Source: Enoplolaimus lenunculus (Eukaryota). Taken from it: DNA of 64,000 nucleotides. Of the stretch, positions 26,731 through 39,645 are shown piece by piece. Each line of letters starts with the position of its first letter. Within the stretch, counting starts at the first letter, position 1. The notes beneath the pieces are model-generated. The model did no database searches, was not told where the DNA came from, and saw only the letters and a program-made list of their open reading frames with translations. The DNA lies in the NCBI GenBank assembly GCA_030248215.1, contig JASANG010002092.1, positions 62,001 through 126,000 of the forward strand. Direction: 5' to 3'. Made by a program: the position numbers and the translations under genes.

Positions 26731-29160
26731 AACCGAAAAGACTCGATATACGTAGGTTTAGTTTTAGTACGCAGTTTGTGAATGATACTTAGGTTGAATA
26801 ACCACCCCCCATTAATCTGTATTCTATAGCATTCAAGTTGAAATCAACTCTTTATGCTTCCTCGGGACCATTGCCAAGTGGGCCGGGGGAGTATGAGCTC
26901 CCCTAAGCCCCTTAAAGACTTTTGGCTGTCCTAGAAAATTTTCATCTTTTAAGTCATCGAAAACCCTTGTAGGCCCGTGTGGAAAAATGTTAAGCCCACT
27001 AGCGAGGTGATCTGGTTGCGGGACTGCGCTTCCTCGCAAAATTATTTCGGCATAACTTAAGACTTAGAATTTTACGTAGGCTTAAGGTTACGCTTAGGCC
27101 AAGCTTGTGGATGCAAAGTGTATAAGAGCCTTCAAATCATACAAAAGCTATGAGCAAACATTGTGTACAGTGCGCTTCTGTGCTTATGTATGCAACTATA
27201 TTTAATATCGTTCTTTAGTCACAGTTGAATATGCCAAAAAATCGTTCATTTTTTCTGTTTGAAGTTTGTTTCGTTGTTGAATGAGAGGTCTGTAGTTAAA
27301 AAGTGTTCGCCCCATTTAAAGTTTTTTGAAAAAAATGTACGCAATGGCGGCGGATTCAACAGAGGGCATCCATGCCTTGGCCCTCCGTACCAGTGATCAC
27401 AACCAAAGTTTTTCATTAAGATTTCGACCTAAAATAGCGTTTGGCTTCTTAATCGCTTTGGCCGTGAGTTTATCTTTCGCCATTATATATCGCGCGCTCC
27501 CCCTATTGAAATTTGCGGTCCCACCACTGACCGTACGACGCCAAGCTGAGCTGAGCCGCTGACATTGATACGCTGCTTTTATCGTGACAGCGACATGGGG
27601 AAAAGCCATATTTGGGGGACATTCGTGTGCGTAGTGAACAGTTTTTGATTTAACGGGCAACATGGGAATATAGTTTTGACTATTTTTTGTTGTTGAGGCT
27701 AAATTATGGTTATTGCTTTGACGGCTGGCAGCGTTGTATGGTTATTTTTGATCTATATATAGTCTTGGTAAACAGGGGCGTAAACAAAGGGTGGAATAAT
27801 TCGGAATGTATACCTGCTTCCCGAAAATCCTTCAAAAATAGAAGAAAAAGCACTTTTAGCAGGATTTAGAACAATTTGTTGGATGGTAGACGTGGAAAAA
27901 TTTGTTTTGTGAGATACGTATACTAGCGAAGAGCAGTACTGGATACGCTCGTTTGGGGGGCATACGGCGCAGATGTATAATCTAGATGCAAATTCCACAA
28001 AATCATGCGTATATCAGGTGACTTTTGAGGGAAAGTGTGAATTGACGCTGAAACTTTTTTGGCTTCAATGCGCCACATAGTCAAGCTTTTTGGCTTCAGT
28101 GTGCAGCACCTTGAAGCTTTTGGTTTCAGTTTGCAGGACGCTGAAGCTAAAATTGTTTCAATGTGTTGAGTATGGTTATGATGGTTGTGATGTTCGCTTG
28201 GTTTATTGTCCTCTGGTGTATATAATACATATTACGTCGACTAAACTGGTGCTGAACTATGATTTTATTGACTTGGCGAATCATTGTCGGATTTGGATGA
28301 TTCTTTGCGAACACTGGATCTTAGCTGATTATGTTTTTGAGTCCTGAGAAATCCTTGTTATTTTTCATAAGTTTCTGTTTGCCTCATGTCCATACGTAGT
28401 TTTCTAACCGCAAAAGTACCTGGCTGGTGCGCGATTCCATGAAATTGTTTCTAAATAGAATTCGTTTTACGCTACGTTGAGCAAATTTTTTAGGCTTGGG
28501 GGTGGGTGAAGATGTCAATTGGGGCGGTGACATCCCTGTCCGCCTGCAATTGCGGCCGAGTGTCTCAATAATGGTATGACAACTCGTCCTCCGACAATTC
28601 GTCGCGCAACAGCTTGAATTCGAATGTTCAGCGACTCCACAATTCGTTGTTACCCGTCATTATTTTTAGGGTTAGGTTAACGATTACGCTTCGGATTATG
28701 CCTATATTTTGTCATATGCTTTATGACTATGGTTGGTGACAATTTGTCGGGCGATGAATTGACGTAAATTCAGCGATAGCGCTATATTGCACAGGATACG
28801 CCCCAAAGTGTTTGCAGTGCCTTGGGGTATTCTAAATAATTTATCAGTGGACACGAAATTAGTTCTAAGCATATGATCAAAATAATAACAATTCTTCGCT
28901 GTGCAAAATATGTTGTTTGTTTGACGCTGTTTATTAAAGTTTTAAGCTGTATCGTTCGTTGCGTGTTTTGTGCTGAATAAATTATTTTCTTTATACATTT
29001 CCGATTTAGCTTGAAATGCTTTAGTTTTGTTAGGTTCGTTTGCCAGCGTAATCGCTTTTTGTACGTTCATTGCAAAATATGTTACGTTATGTTACATGTG
29101 TCGTTTTGTTGGATACAGATGTTATTTGTTTGGGTTTTGCATTGTATAAACATTATTTAT

Positions 29161-30771
29161 ACTAGTAGGTAAAGTGCCCCTAATCGGGCCATGGAAAGGA
29201 TATGTTTTGTGCGTTTGATTTTAAACTGAAGCCTGTAAAGTTCAGAAACAAGAGGCTGACTTATTTTTAAATTTTATTCGTGCAATATCTCTTCGGAAGA
29301 ATCGACACCTGTTTCACACGTATGCAGAATTCATATTTCCAAAAAGTTTTACTGGCGTTCACAAGCAAGCTGTGATATGTCACACTGAAACATATTCGCA
29401 GCTTTGTCTTCTAACTATAGTTGCACAATTTTACTGTTTTTTTACGTTTCTTCAGAAAGAGGTTGATTCAATTTGATGCACTATTGCTTAGATACTCATT
29501 TTGCTTAATATTTATAAACCATAAAACTTTTCTTTATTCGAACTTTTATTGTTATTCAGTTTCATCATTTGCTAAAATACATAGCTGTAACACTCTTCCA
29601 TATTCAGCAATTGTTGAAATGCGTAAAAGTGAACCAGTCGGACGCAACATAAACAAATTTTTGCTATAACAGTAACCTTAAGCTCTGTCTTGGAGTGATT
29701 CAGAATATAAACGGGTAGTAAACAATACAGGAATTGAATTCAACTCAAAATGTATATAAATATACAAAATGGATAACAAGTATATAATTTCAAAATAGGG
29801 GCCTGAAATTTTGGTGATTGCATTACAGAGGAGGACTGGTTTTTAGCGGAAACCAAAGTGCAGCCGGGATTATAAGATATCGGAAACGGAAAGCTAAAAC
29901 ATACCGGTATCGAAAAACAAGAAATACTCGTTGCCGAAAAGTTGATTTTTTGCGGTGTTTTATTTTATTGCGTTTAATGGTGTAAACACACCATTCATAG
30001 AATGCAAAATCCTGAAACAAATGCAGTAGCTGGAAACGTATGATAAATTATAGAGTTAGACACAAATTAAAATTTTTGGCAATACTCGCTCAATTTTAGA
30101 ATAATAAGTTAGAACAATATGCCAATGTATCGTAAATTTTCGAATGAAAAAAATTTTCAATACCGAAAATAACGGAAAATTGCGGTAAAAAATACCGGAT
30201 TTAATACCGGAACCGGATAGAGAAAAGCACCGGATTTCTCAACCGAAACCGGAATTCCGATTGCATTCTGACGAAAACATATACGGTTTCACGTTGTATA
30301 GTTAGTGTTGTAAAAAGCTGTGGTTTGCACTTTCCGTTCAAAATTCAAATTTTGATTGAATTAACAGCAAAAACTACAAACTGATTTCCTGTCTTGAAAA
30401 ATACACATAGCTGTTTTCAGATAATCTATGCAATATTGTGAAGGCAGGTAAAACTCATATTTACTCGCGCTGGCAAACAAAAGCATGCCTTTATTTATCT
30501 ATCATACGAAGTGTTATGCTCGTGAGAAAGCTGCGAATATGTTTCAGTGTGACATATCACAGCTTGCTTGTGAACGCCAGTAAAACTTTTTGGAAATATG
30601 AATTCTGCATACGTGTGAAACAGGTGTCGATTCTTCCGAAGAGATATTGCACGAATAAAATTTAAAAATAAGTCAGCCTCTTGTTTCTGAACTTTACAGG
30701 CTTCAGTTTAAAATCAAACGCACAAAACATATCCTTTCCATGGCCCGATTAGGGGCACTTTACCTACTAGT
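29161..30771. mobile_element. Non-autonomous DNA transposon with perfect 245-bp TIRs
   Basis: 29161..29405 is the exact reverse complement of 30527..30771; no transposase ORF inside. Confidence 0.9.
29854..30270. mobile_element. Nested hAT-like MITE (CAGGGTGCAACCGG family)
   Basis: Homologous to 6771..7205; degenerate TSD gcggaaac/acgaaaac. Confidence 0.8.
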
Positions 30772-30839
30772 TTCCCACCTTTACATGAGTTAATATCCTG
30801 AAAGAATTCTTAACCATACCTTACAGGACCGAATGTAAT

Positions 30840-31677
30840 TAATGCAAAATGTAACGTGAACTTGGTGTTTGTAGTTTTGGATGTTTTGAAAACAGCGACG
30901 CTCGACAATAAAAAACATAATCTGTTTATCCAGAACAAATAATGAGAATGCTGGTGTTTAATATGATTTCACAAAATCCTGCAGTGAATTCAGAACCTTT
31001 CCGCCTATGTGCAACAATGAGAAAACTCGTGAACCAGGCGAGCGAGCAGCCAAACGCAGTTTGGTGTTAAATATGTTAATACAGAATTTTTGTTTTGATC
31101 CTTGTGAGCAGCGAACGTCCATTTTGGCTTAGATCTATCCGTGTAAATATCTGTTTTTCGTCCTAAGACATGAAAACTACGAAGAGCATTTATATAAATA
31201 CAAAAGCCTGCACAAAGCCCAATGATTAAGTTTTTATATAGCAGATCATTGCACCCAATAATGCAAAATGTAACGTGAACTTGGTGTTTGTAGTTTTGGA
31301 TGTTTTGAAAACAGCGACGCTCGACAATAAAAAACATAATCTGTTTATCCAGAACAAGTAATGAGAATGCTGGTGTTTAATATGATTTCACAAAATCCTG
31401 CAGTGAATTCAGAACCTTTCCGCCTATGTGCAACAATGAGAAAACTCGTGAACCAGGCGAGCGAGCAGCCAAACGCAGTTTGGTGTTAAATATGTTAATA
31501 CAGAATTTTTGTTTTGATCCTTGTGAGCAGCGAACGTCCATTTTGGCTTAGATCTATCCGTGTAAATATCTGTTTTTCGTCCTAAGACATGAAAACTACG
31601 AAGAGCATTTATATAAATACAAAAGCCTGCACAAAGCCCAATGATTAAGTTTTTATATAGCAGATCATTGCACCCAA
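30840..31677. repeat. Near-perfect tandem duplication, 419-bp period
   Basis: AATGCAAAATGTAACG...TTGCACCCAA starts at 30841 and 31260; one substitution seen (acaaataatg/acaagtaatg). Confidence 0.95.
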
Positions 31678-32136
31678 ATGCATTTTCCATTTGACCTCCG
31701 AAAATGTCAATGATAGGTCTTTTTACCCATCACAAACTGACAAAGTCATAACGTAGAACCTGTAAAAGTTGCTTATTTTACTACTTTGACTCAAATATAT
31801 AATGTTTACGATTAATCGGTTTAGCTGTTCCGTTCAGAAAAATGTTAAGTATGTAGGACGGTAATGCGCACAAAAACAACAAGAAAAATGAAAATGGAAA
31901 TGCAAACATAATAAACAGGCAATATAATATTACGTTATAATATTTTAGTTTAGTTTCCACTGCACTTGCTGCTTCACAAGCTGAAGGAAAGTGCAGCATT
32001 CTCGCTTTTGGCCTGTTCTACGTTTGACTTTACGATACCAGTTAACATGCGGTCTTTCCCGATCTAAAATACTCTCGTCGTCAATCTAACATGATTCTGA
32101 AGAATGTTGAAAGATGTTATACGCGGCAACGTAGAC

Positions 32137-32511
32137 CAGGGTGCGAACGGATATCCGGATCTGGTTTAATATCCGGTAAAAACCTATATTCGTATCCGGT
32201 TATGGTATATAAATATATTTAGGCGGGGGTTTCGACTTTCGCTAAACGGCTTTTTTAAAGTGATTGTCCTTCTTGCTGCGATTGCATTTTTGAGCAAGCC
32301 AAAAAGTTTAAATTTTGATACACTGAAGTAAAAATGAAATGTTCAAGAAAACAATTTATTATAATTCAGATAACATATACATTTGTGCGACTCAAATACT
32401 TCGAACAGTGCTCAAATATTGAAGCTTTATAGTCAGAATAATATCCGGTTTCTGCAAAAAAGTAACTATCCGGGTCCGATATTCGTTAAGTTAATATCCG
32501 GTCGCCTCCTG
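32137..32511. mobile_element. hAT-like MITE (CAGGGTGCGA family)
   Basis: CAGGGTGCGAACGGATAT...ATATCCGGTCGCCTCCTG; homologous to 20075..20444. Confidence 0.75.
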
Positions 32512-33360
32512 CATAAGACTAGTCACATTGGAGTTATACTAAACACATGAAATCAATTACTAGGTTCTCCAAGGTTATGTATGCAATAGCAACTCAATAC
32601 TGAAACCTTCTGCCAACCAGAATGTGTCCTTGATAGTTGTAGGTCGTTTGGTTGATAACCGATTGCTAATTGGTTAAAGGTGCTTTACTGATTTAAGAAT
32701 ATTAGAATGATGCGAAAAGCGCAGTATATCAAATTTTTTGTAATATCAAAAATACAGGGAAATACAAATGAAATTCATTCAACCAATTGGTTTCCACCTA
32801 CCTTTTTAGGTCCATCGGTTGTTTAAGTATCACCATTGCTTTTGGAATTACGCGAAACATTTGGCCGTCACGAATCTTGTATGACTACAAAGACATTACG
32901 AAACATAGGTGGAACCCATTGTGCATATTATGCCCATAAAACATTATCAGCAAGCAAGTTTTGTTTATAAAGACAAGACGGCTAAATATTCAAATACGTA
33001 TATATAATTTAACAAACTTCAAATTTAAGTGCAACGCGATGCCAGACGTCAAGAACACATTTATCTAAAAGTTTCCCTGACCCGCCAAAACTTTGCCTGA
33101 CATTTATTGTAGATATTTTAGCTTAACATCTAAATTTTGTAGGTGTCCTGATTCAGTACGCGAAAATTTCACCTGTGGATGCAATTGTCACCGAAAAGTG
33201 TCATTTTGAAAACTGGCTGGATTTCGGATGGTTTCTGGCTTTATCACAATTATGCAGCAATTACTCTGAACCCAATGTTTTTCTAATATTTCGCTGAAAT
33301 TTTGATTTTTTCTGTTTTTCCTTGTTTCCCTGTTCTCGTTTTTCCTGACGTGCGGGATCC

Positions 33361-33925
33361 GGAACTAAGATACATGTAATGTTGAGGTTCTTATACAGCA
33401 TACATACCTGAAAACTCAGTAGCTGATTGTGAGGCAGCGTAGCTCAGTGGTCGCGCGCTGGACTGTGAATCTCTCGGTCATGGGATCGAAACCTCGTAGG
33501 AACGCCTCTCATTGCCAGCTGCAAGAACACAGAACTAAAAACTGTCGTACCCTAACCTACCCAACTTATCACATGGTTACCACAATGGGGGCGCAACGGC
33601 AAATTAACCCGCTAGAACAAAAATCTAGGTTGGCAGTCAAGAGACGACCGTATAGAAAAACCAGGGCAAAATATATGTAGTGCTTTCATATGCAGCAGCA
33701 GTAAAAACATGGAACCAAGATACTTGTGACCATAAAGTTCTTATAAGACATAAAACCTTGAAAACTCAAAAGCTAATTGTAAGGCTGTGCGGCTCATTGG
33801 CAGCGCACTGAACTAAGAATCTGTCGTTCATGGAATCGAAACCTCGTAAGAACGCCCCTCATTGCCAGCTGCAAGTACACAGAACTAAAAGCTGTCGTTC
33901 CCTTGCCTATCCAACTTTATCACAC
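33361..33925 (+). mobile_element. Two tandem tRNA-derived (Pol III A/B box) elements, SINE-like
   Basis: 33431..33508 has A box TAGCTCAGTGG, B-box-like GGATCGAAACC and GAGGC/GCCTC ends; diverged second copy 33781..33858; shared upstream and downstream flanks. Confidence 0.65.
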
Positions 33926-34577
33926 CGGCTACTAAGCCTAAACCTAAGCCTTAGCGTGAATATAACCCCAATTCTAAGCCTTAGTTACCAGTTTCTGTGT
34001 CTTCCAGTGGTCAGGCACCTATAACTAGCATGGGTATAATATATCATAGTTTCTGTCATACAAAATGTTACTTTTGTAACATTCATGCAACTTTACATGG
34101 ACGCAACGACATTCACAAACAGTTTGTGCTCTTATAGAATGAATTTATCCAAATGCTTGTTCAAAGCTAGCTATGTATATTGCTACTGTCATTACGTTTT
34201 CAAATATCATAACAAAAGTGACTACATAAATCCATTGAAAATACATGGAATTGAAGAAGAGATTTCAAAAGGTAACCATCTAAGCCAACGCAGTACGTTA
34301 TGCTCCAAAAGTGGCATTAGCTGTATATCTTTCAGTTGCCCAGTTATTTAGATTACTGCAACGCCAATTATCTGAGTCAAAATGCAAAGAAAATTTGCAC
34401 AAAAATCAAAAATGATTTTGATCCAGTTTGTGACCATCGAAGTCGAAAGTGTTACTTTGTGTCATGAAGCAAGTACACATTGGTTTGTTGATGTATGTGA
34501 AAAATAAACTGCATCTGAATCGGTAGTCTGAAAATCTGGGCAGCGTAATGAATCAAAAATTTTGGATAAAACAATAA

Positions 34578-34615
<38 letters not shown>
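34578..34615. repeat. (AAT)n microsatellite
   Basis: About 12 perfect AAT units. Confidence 0.95.
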
Positions 34616-35902
34616 GAGACACTACCGTGTCCTTATGATAATACAGTTGATGTTGACCCAATATGTCGGTATCGGTAGTCTTGGAAGCATTCTGATAGAG
34701 ATACAGATACTTTTAATTTTGCTATATTTTCGGACGAGTTGAGTCAAATTATTTATTGCATTGCTTTAAAGTAATCAGTACACTTATCATCATGTGAAGA
34801 AGCAAGATTCCAATTGCAGATATTCATGGAGTACAAGAGTGGTGCAACAGGGGATGCATTTGGTGTACGAAGTCAAGCATCCATCACTCAGGGTCGGATT
34901 AAGAGGGCGGCAGACCCAGGAGCCCATATGACTAGCAGGCAACGTAAAAGTAACACATTTTAATGAAGTAAATTGTACCAGAAGTACGAAACAAAATTTA
35001 CGGCTCAGGGACTTTTCCAGATTTGCACTATAGAAGAGTCACTTTATGATTCCACTAAAAAATTTCTGAAGTCCACAAATGGTCGTTGCGGGTACCATTT
35101 TTTTCTGTTTTTTACTTTTTATACTGCCCTATTTATCAAAAATTGATTGTGCAACTCAGGGTGTCATCGAATCCACGGTTTGACCGAATCCAAATCGGAA
35201 TTCAAATCCATTGCTAATTTGTCGAATCTGAATCCGAATCCTGCATGCTGCGAATTTTATATATCTATAATTTGTTTCATAATATCAACACAATGTCAGC
35301 CGTATAATTTTTAAACGTTAGTACTTAATATTTGGTGCCCGACCTAATAATTCTTATTTTATACGCAACGCGCGCTGGTACTTACTAAACACTTACATAG
35401 TTTTCACAAGTTGCAAGCCCTTGTCTAAGAGTGATCATCCACTGGTGCTAATTCTGAACAAAGCAAAGAAGAAGACTATTTAACTGTGAGGACCTGCACG
35501 ATTAATAGCAATTTTTCGGTTGAGGGGGTTACTTTTTTGTGCCTGCAATAATTATTCCGAGAAACGCTTTGAATGACACTGTATCTCGATACGACAGTGG
35601 CGACCACGAAAATTCTTTTAGAATCACGTTCACTTTGTCATGCGTTTCGGTTCCGCGAGACGTTTGAAACTAGAAATTGACAGACTCGAAGCGTTATCCG
35701 ATATTAGAATCGGGTTTAAAAATGCTATGGGAAAATTTTATTCAATTTGCTATACGGTTTTAGACTCATGCATGCAATATCGCTGAAAATTGATCAGAGT
35801 TACAGTAAATGGAAGAAAATGGAATGCAGTCGCTTATTATAAACAAGACTTGATTTGAAACATGAAAGCACGTAATCCTTGCATAATTCATGAAAACATG
35901 TA

Positions 35903-36112
35903 TACTGCAAAAATTGTTGAGTCAAATTGTCTCTTTTCAGAATAAGCTTTTTCGAACCACACAAACTGAGTTAAATTCGACTCCGCTAGTTTCAGATTCG
36001 GCTCACCTAGTGAGTCCAATTTGACTCTTGCGGAGTCGAATTTGACTGAGTTTGTGTAGTCCGGAAAAGCCTATTTCGAAGAGAGTCAATTTGACTCAAT
36101 ATTTTTGCAGTG
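35903..36112. mobile_element. CACTG-ended (CMC/EnSpm-like) MITE, family CACTGCAAAAA
   Basis: TACTGCAAAAA..GAGTCAAATTG / CAATTTGACTC..TTTTTGCAGTG with TA flanks; homologous to 61641..61872. Confidence 0.75.
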
Positions 36113-36741
36113 TATTTTCTATTTTTGCGGCATTGTTGCAAATCTCCATTAACCAGTGTCTAATTTCAAATATTAACAATCGGTATCGAAATATCGCAAG
36201 ATATAAACAGGAATTCCTGTTCCGGCCTCAATTCCTGCAAAATTCATTTCGTGTTTCTGTTTCTGTTCCGGTGTTGAGAGACATTCAGCAAGTGAACTTT
36301 TCAGGATTTATGGCAAATTATGATGAATCGGCTTAAAAGCTAAAAATACTACGTACCACAAAGTGTGCTGCAACTCCACTTGTTTTGCATCACAACTTGT
36401 GTTTGATATGCACATTTTTCATATTTTAAAGTTAACCGAGGCTTGTTTTTGTAGAGAAAATTGGCTCAAATGAAAACGCAAAATGGTCGATGAACAGCGT
36501 GTTTATTTTGGACTTTTACACTATCTCAGTTCAACACAAAAAAAACAAATGGTAATTTTCAATGAAAATAAAAATATTTACTTTATCTCGTTCAAAGCAG
36601 GTGTACTATTGATTATTAAAGTCAAGAAATGTTTATAAAACATCAATATTCGTACCTCACATGGGCTCTAAAAGTCTAAGCCTAATTTTTCGCCTGAAAG
36701 GTTAGTACAGCTTCGCAGCCAGTAAAGTCCCGCAGTCTCTC

Positions 36742-37041
36742 TGTGTTTAGAACGCCAACAGCTATACTAGACATGGGCTTCCTAAGCGTAAGAATGAAAA
36801 TGTATGTAAGCCTAAGCTCAGGAACGCCTAAGGCTGAGCAAAAACGTTGTCTAAACCTTAAACTTGGTTTTATTGTAGTCAACTCATGGGGCTGTTTTTA
36901 GAACGCCAACACCTATACTAGACATGGGCTTCCTAAGCGTAAGAATGAAAATGTATGTAAGCCTAAGCTCAAGAACGCCTAAGGCGGAGCAAAAACGTTG
37001 TCTAAACCTTAAACTTGTTTTATTGTAGTCAACTCATGGGG
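36742..37041. repeat. Tandem duplication (about 150-bp period) of a GCCTAA-containing element
   Basis: TTTAGAACGCCAAC...CAACTCATGGGG occurs twice, with internal CCTAAG/GCCTAAG units. Confidence 0.85.
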
Positions 37042-37700
37042 CCAAGTTTTGTAAAATTATGAAGAATTTCAATTCATTCCAAAAATGCCAAAATGAGACT
37101 CTATTAGCTTCGAAAGGCCATGCCATACAAATAACTTGAAATTGTGGTGTTTGACAACGGCAGATGTCGCAAATTTTGACTGTTGATACGGAAAAGTTAT
37201 AATTTTTGGTTCAACCAGTTTCCCGTTTTAGCAACATAGACTTTTAGTGGTTTTAATAGATTGACAGGCTGTTAGGCTCAGGCTCTGCAGGCTATGGCTG
37301 AGACGTAAACTTAAGTGCAAGACTAGGCCTAGGAGAAACATAGGCTGAAGCTCATCCGCACGTTTTTTGCGCGAGGTGTACGTTGCGGCCCGAATCTGCC
37401 CCGGATGTCAAAGTAATTCTCAGAGAAAATATAAAATTTAAACCTGTTCGCCTGTTCCTGCATATTTAAGGAAAACACAGTCTCTTTCCTGACCGACCCA
37501 GCGAAAACATAAGATCGACGTTGTCCCGGCTGTTCACGTTAGCACTCATTTATGAATTTTCCAACGAAAACATAATCGGGAAGCTGGCCCCGCTGTCCAG
37601 CAAAAACATAACGTTCAAACTTGTCGCACTATTCGTCAGAAAGTATAGGTGTAGGCTGCAGGTAAAACACTGTTATCAATTTCAGGCGGCATTTAATAAT

Positions 37701-38223
37701 GGGTCATCCACGTTATACTGTCTACGCTACTGTAAAAAATTGTCCCCACGTACGAGCCCCTAAGTCTGTAATTTTACTGTTTCCAAATTACACGTCCAAA
37801 TGTCACTCATATCCTGCGTAGACCCTACTGACAACTCGCACTCTCTATGGACGACCTATGCTTGGTCATGTTGCCGTGCATACCCAAGCTAAATTGTCAA
37901 TACGTTATTTAAAGGGCAACTGTTTTGTCCAGAGTCTGTCAGAAGGGACTCAGCTTATTTCGCAACACAAAGGTTGTCGGAAGGAACTTTGCTTTACAAT
38001 TATACAGTCTGTTCGAAGGAACTCGTATTGTCAGACACTGTGTCCAGACAGTGTCTACATTGTCTTTAGTCCCTTCGAAGGACCTGCTTTCAAAACCCAC
38101 TACCTAGTTACACCTTCTGTAAAGTCTTTATAGCTTAAGAACATTGTCGTTTTGTCCCGCCCTTAATGCCAGGTGTGTGGACAATTTTTTACAGTAGCGT
38201 AGACAGTATTACGTGAATGATCC
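37701..38223. mobile_element. MITE with 31-bp perfect inverted core
   Basis: ATACTGTCTACGCTACTGTAAAAAATTGTCC (37715) has its exact reverse complement ending at 38209; imperfect extension to GGGTCATCC/TGATCC. Confidence 0.8.
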
Positions 38224-38619
38224 ATAAGGTATATTTGTTTTTATTGTACTCCAAAAGTTTTCTGAGTTTCTCTGGTTTCCCAATGGCTACGAGATTATAT
38301 ACATCGATTTATTAGTTTCAATATTGCGTCTGTACGTTCGATTTGTTTTGAGCGTTAATTTGCGGTATGTCAATTTTTTTGTAGACACTGCATTTTAAAG
38401 GCATTTACATCATGCGATTAGAGGCAATATGTTATATAGTAAGTTTAAATTGGATAGCTAGTTTTGCATAATTATTTGATTATAGTCTGCGTATACATAT
38501 CGATTGCGCTTTAATAATATGGTGCATTGTACTGAATGTTTCCCAGAAGCATACGAGCGACATACATACGCGACATAAAAAGTTGCTGGAGAGGCGGGTT
38601 TTGTAGCGTAGTGTCAGTC

Positions 38620-38748
38620 AGAATTGGAATCGGGACTTCAGACCTTTCTACTAAGTAGCTAAAAAAGCGGGCCTCCAGAACGGGGACCGAACTCTCAGCC
38701 TGCGCATCCTTAAGCGAACACTCTACCACTGCGCCACGCAGCCCGCTT
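38620..38748 (-). mobile_element. tRNA-derived element (Pro/Ala-like head) plus short body
   Basis: Minus strand GCGGGCTGCGTGGCGCAGTGGTAGAG..TTCGCTTAAGGATGCG..GAGTTCGGTCCC..GCCCGC followed by TTTTTT; A and B boxes present. Confidence 0.6.
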
Positions 38749-38784
38749 CTCCAAGTACTTTCTATTTTTATCGTTGACTATGTC

Positions 38785-39290
38785 GACCGTGTCTGAACTG
38801 CACGGTCAGGACGAACCCTTTCCTCGAAGTACTGCGAATATACATGGTTTTCCCCCCGAATTTCCTCGAAACATAGGCCACGCCGGGAATCGAACCTTAG
38901 ACCTCTCGTTCGCGAGTCAAGCGCGCTACGCATTACACCAAGAGGCCCATATCATAATTTCCTCTGGTGGTATATGTGCACGAGTACATATGTGTCTCAA
39001 CATTACATACTCCGAATCTGAGTGACTGCAATTTACAGCGTCCGTCTCGGTGGGACCTCGATGTCAGAAATGCACGGTAGGGACGACCCCTTTCCTCGAA
39101 GTACTACGAATATACATGGTTTTCCCCCTGAATTTCTCCGAAATATATGGCCAAGCCGGGAATGGAACCTCGGACCTCTCGTTCGGGAGTCAAGCGCGCT
39201 ACCCATTACACCACGCGGCCCATATCATAACTTCCTCTGGTGGTATATGTGCACGAGTATGTAAGTGTCTTAACATTACACACTCTGCAC
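38785..39290 (-). mobile_element. Two tandem tRNA-derived elements (73-nt heads at 38876..38948 and 39149..39221)
   Basis: GGGCC..TGGTGTAATG(C/G)GTAGCGCG..GGTTC(G/C)ATTCCC..GGCC with shared flanks, about 273-bp period. Confidence 0.65.
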
Positions 39291-39519
39291 ATACATAAGC
39301 TACACCGCGTATACCCACGGACCGTATGCTGCCGGCTAGCATACATGCAGTGCACTGCACTATGATGCCTGTGCCCATAACGGTCAGGCATGTCTCACAT
39401 GCCTACATGTCCTAATTGTCAACCAGGTCGCCTCTTGATCGTCCATCCTATTTTCTACTGTATACCTTGTTCAAAGCGCGGCAAGTTACCATTGCGCTCA
39501 CGTCGTAGCCCTCAAGTCT

Positions 39520-39645
39520 GTCTAGGTATGAACCGGGACTTCAGGCCTTTTCATTAAGCAGCTGGAAAAGCGGATTACGGGTGGTTTCGAACTAGCGACC
39601 TTCTGCGTGTCAGGCAGACGCTGTTATCGCTGACTATGTCAACCG
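39520..39645 (-). mobile_element. tRNA-Val-like derived element plus short body
   Basis: Minus strand anticodon arm TCTGC-CTGACAC-GCAGA, B box GTTCGAAAC, then CTTTT and a body shared with 38620..38660. Confidence 0.6.

Noticed and set aside
31005..31690. Two near-identical ORFs suggesting a duplicated gene
   Set aside because: By-product of the 419-bp duplication; no recognisable domain or splice structure
33431..39645. Functional tRNA genes
   Set aside because: Acceptor or T stems are mispaired and paired copies disagree at the anticodon, so they are reported as tRNA-derived elements
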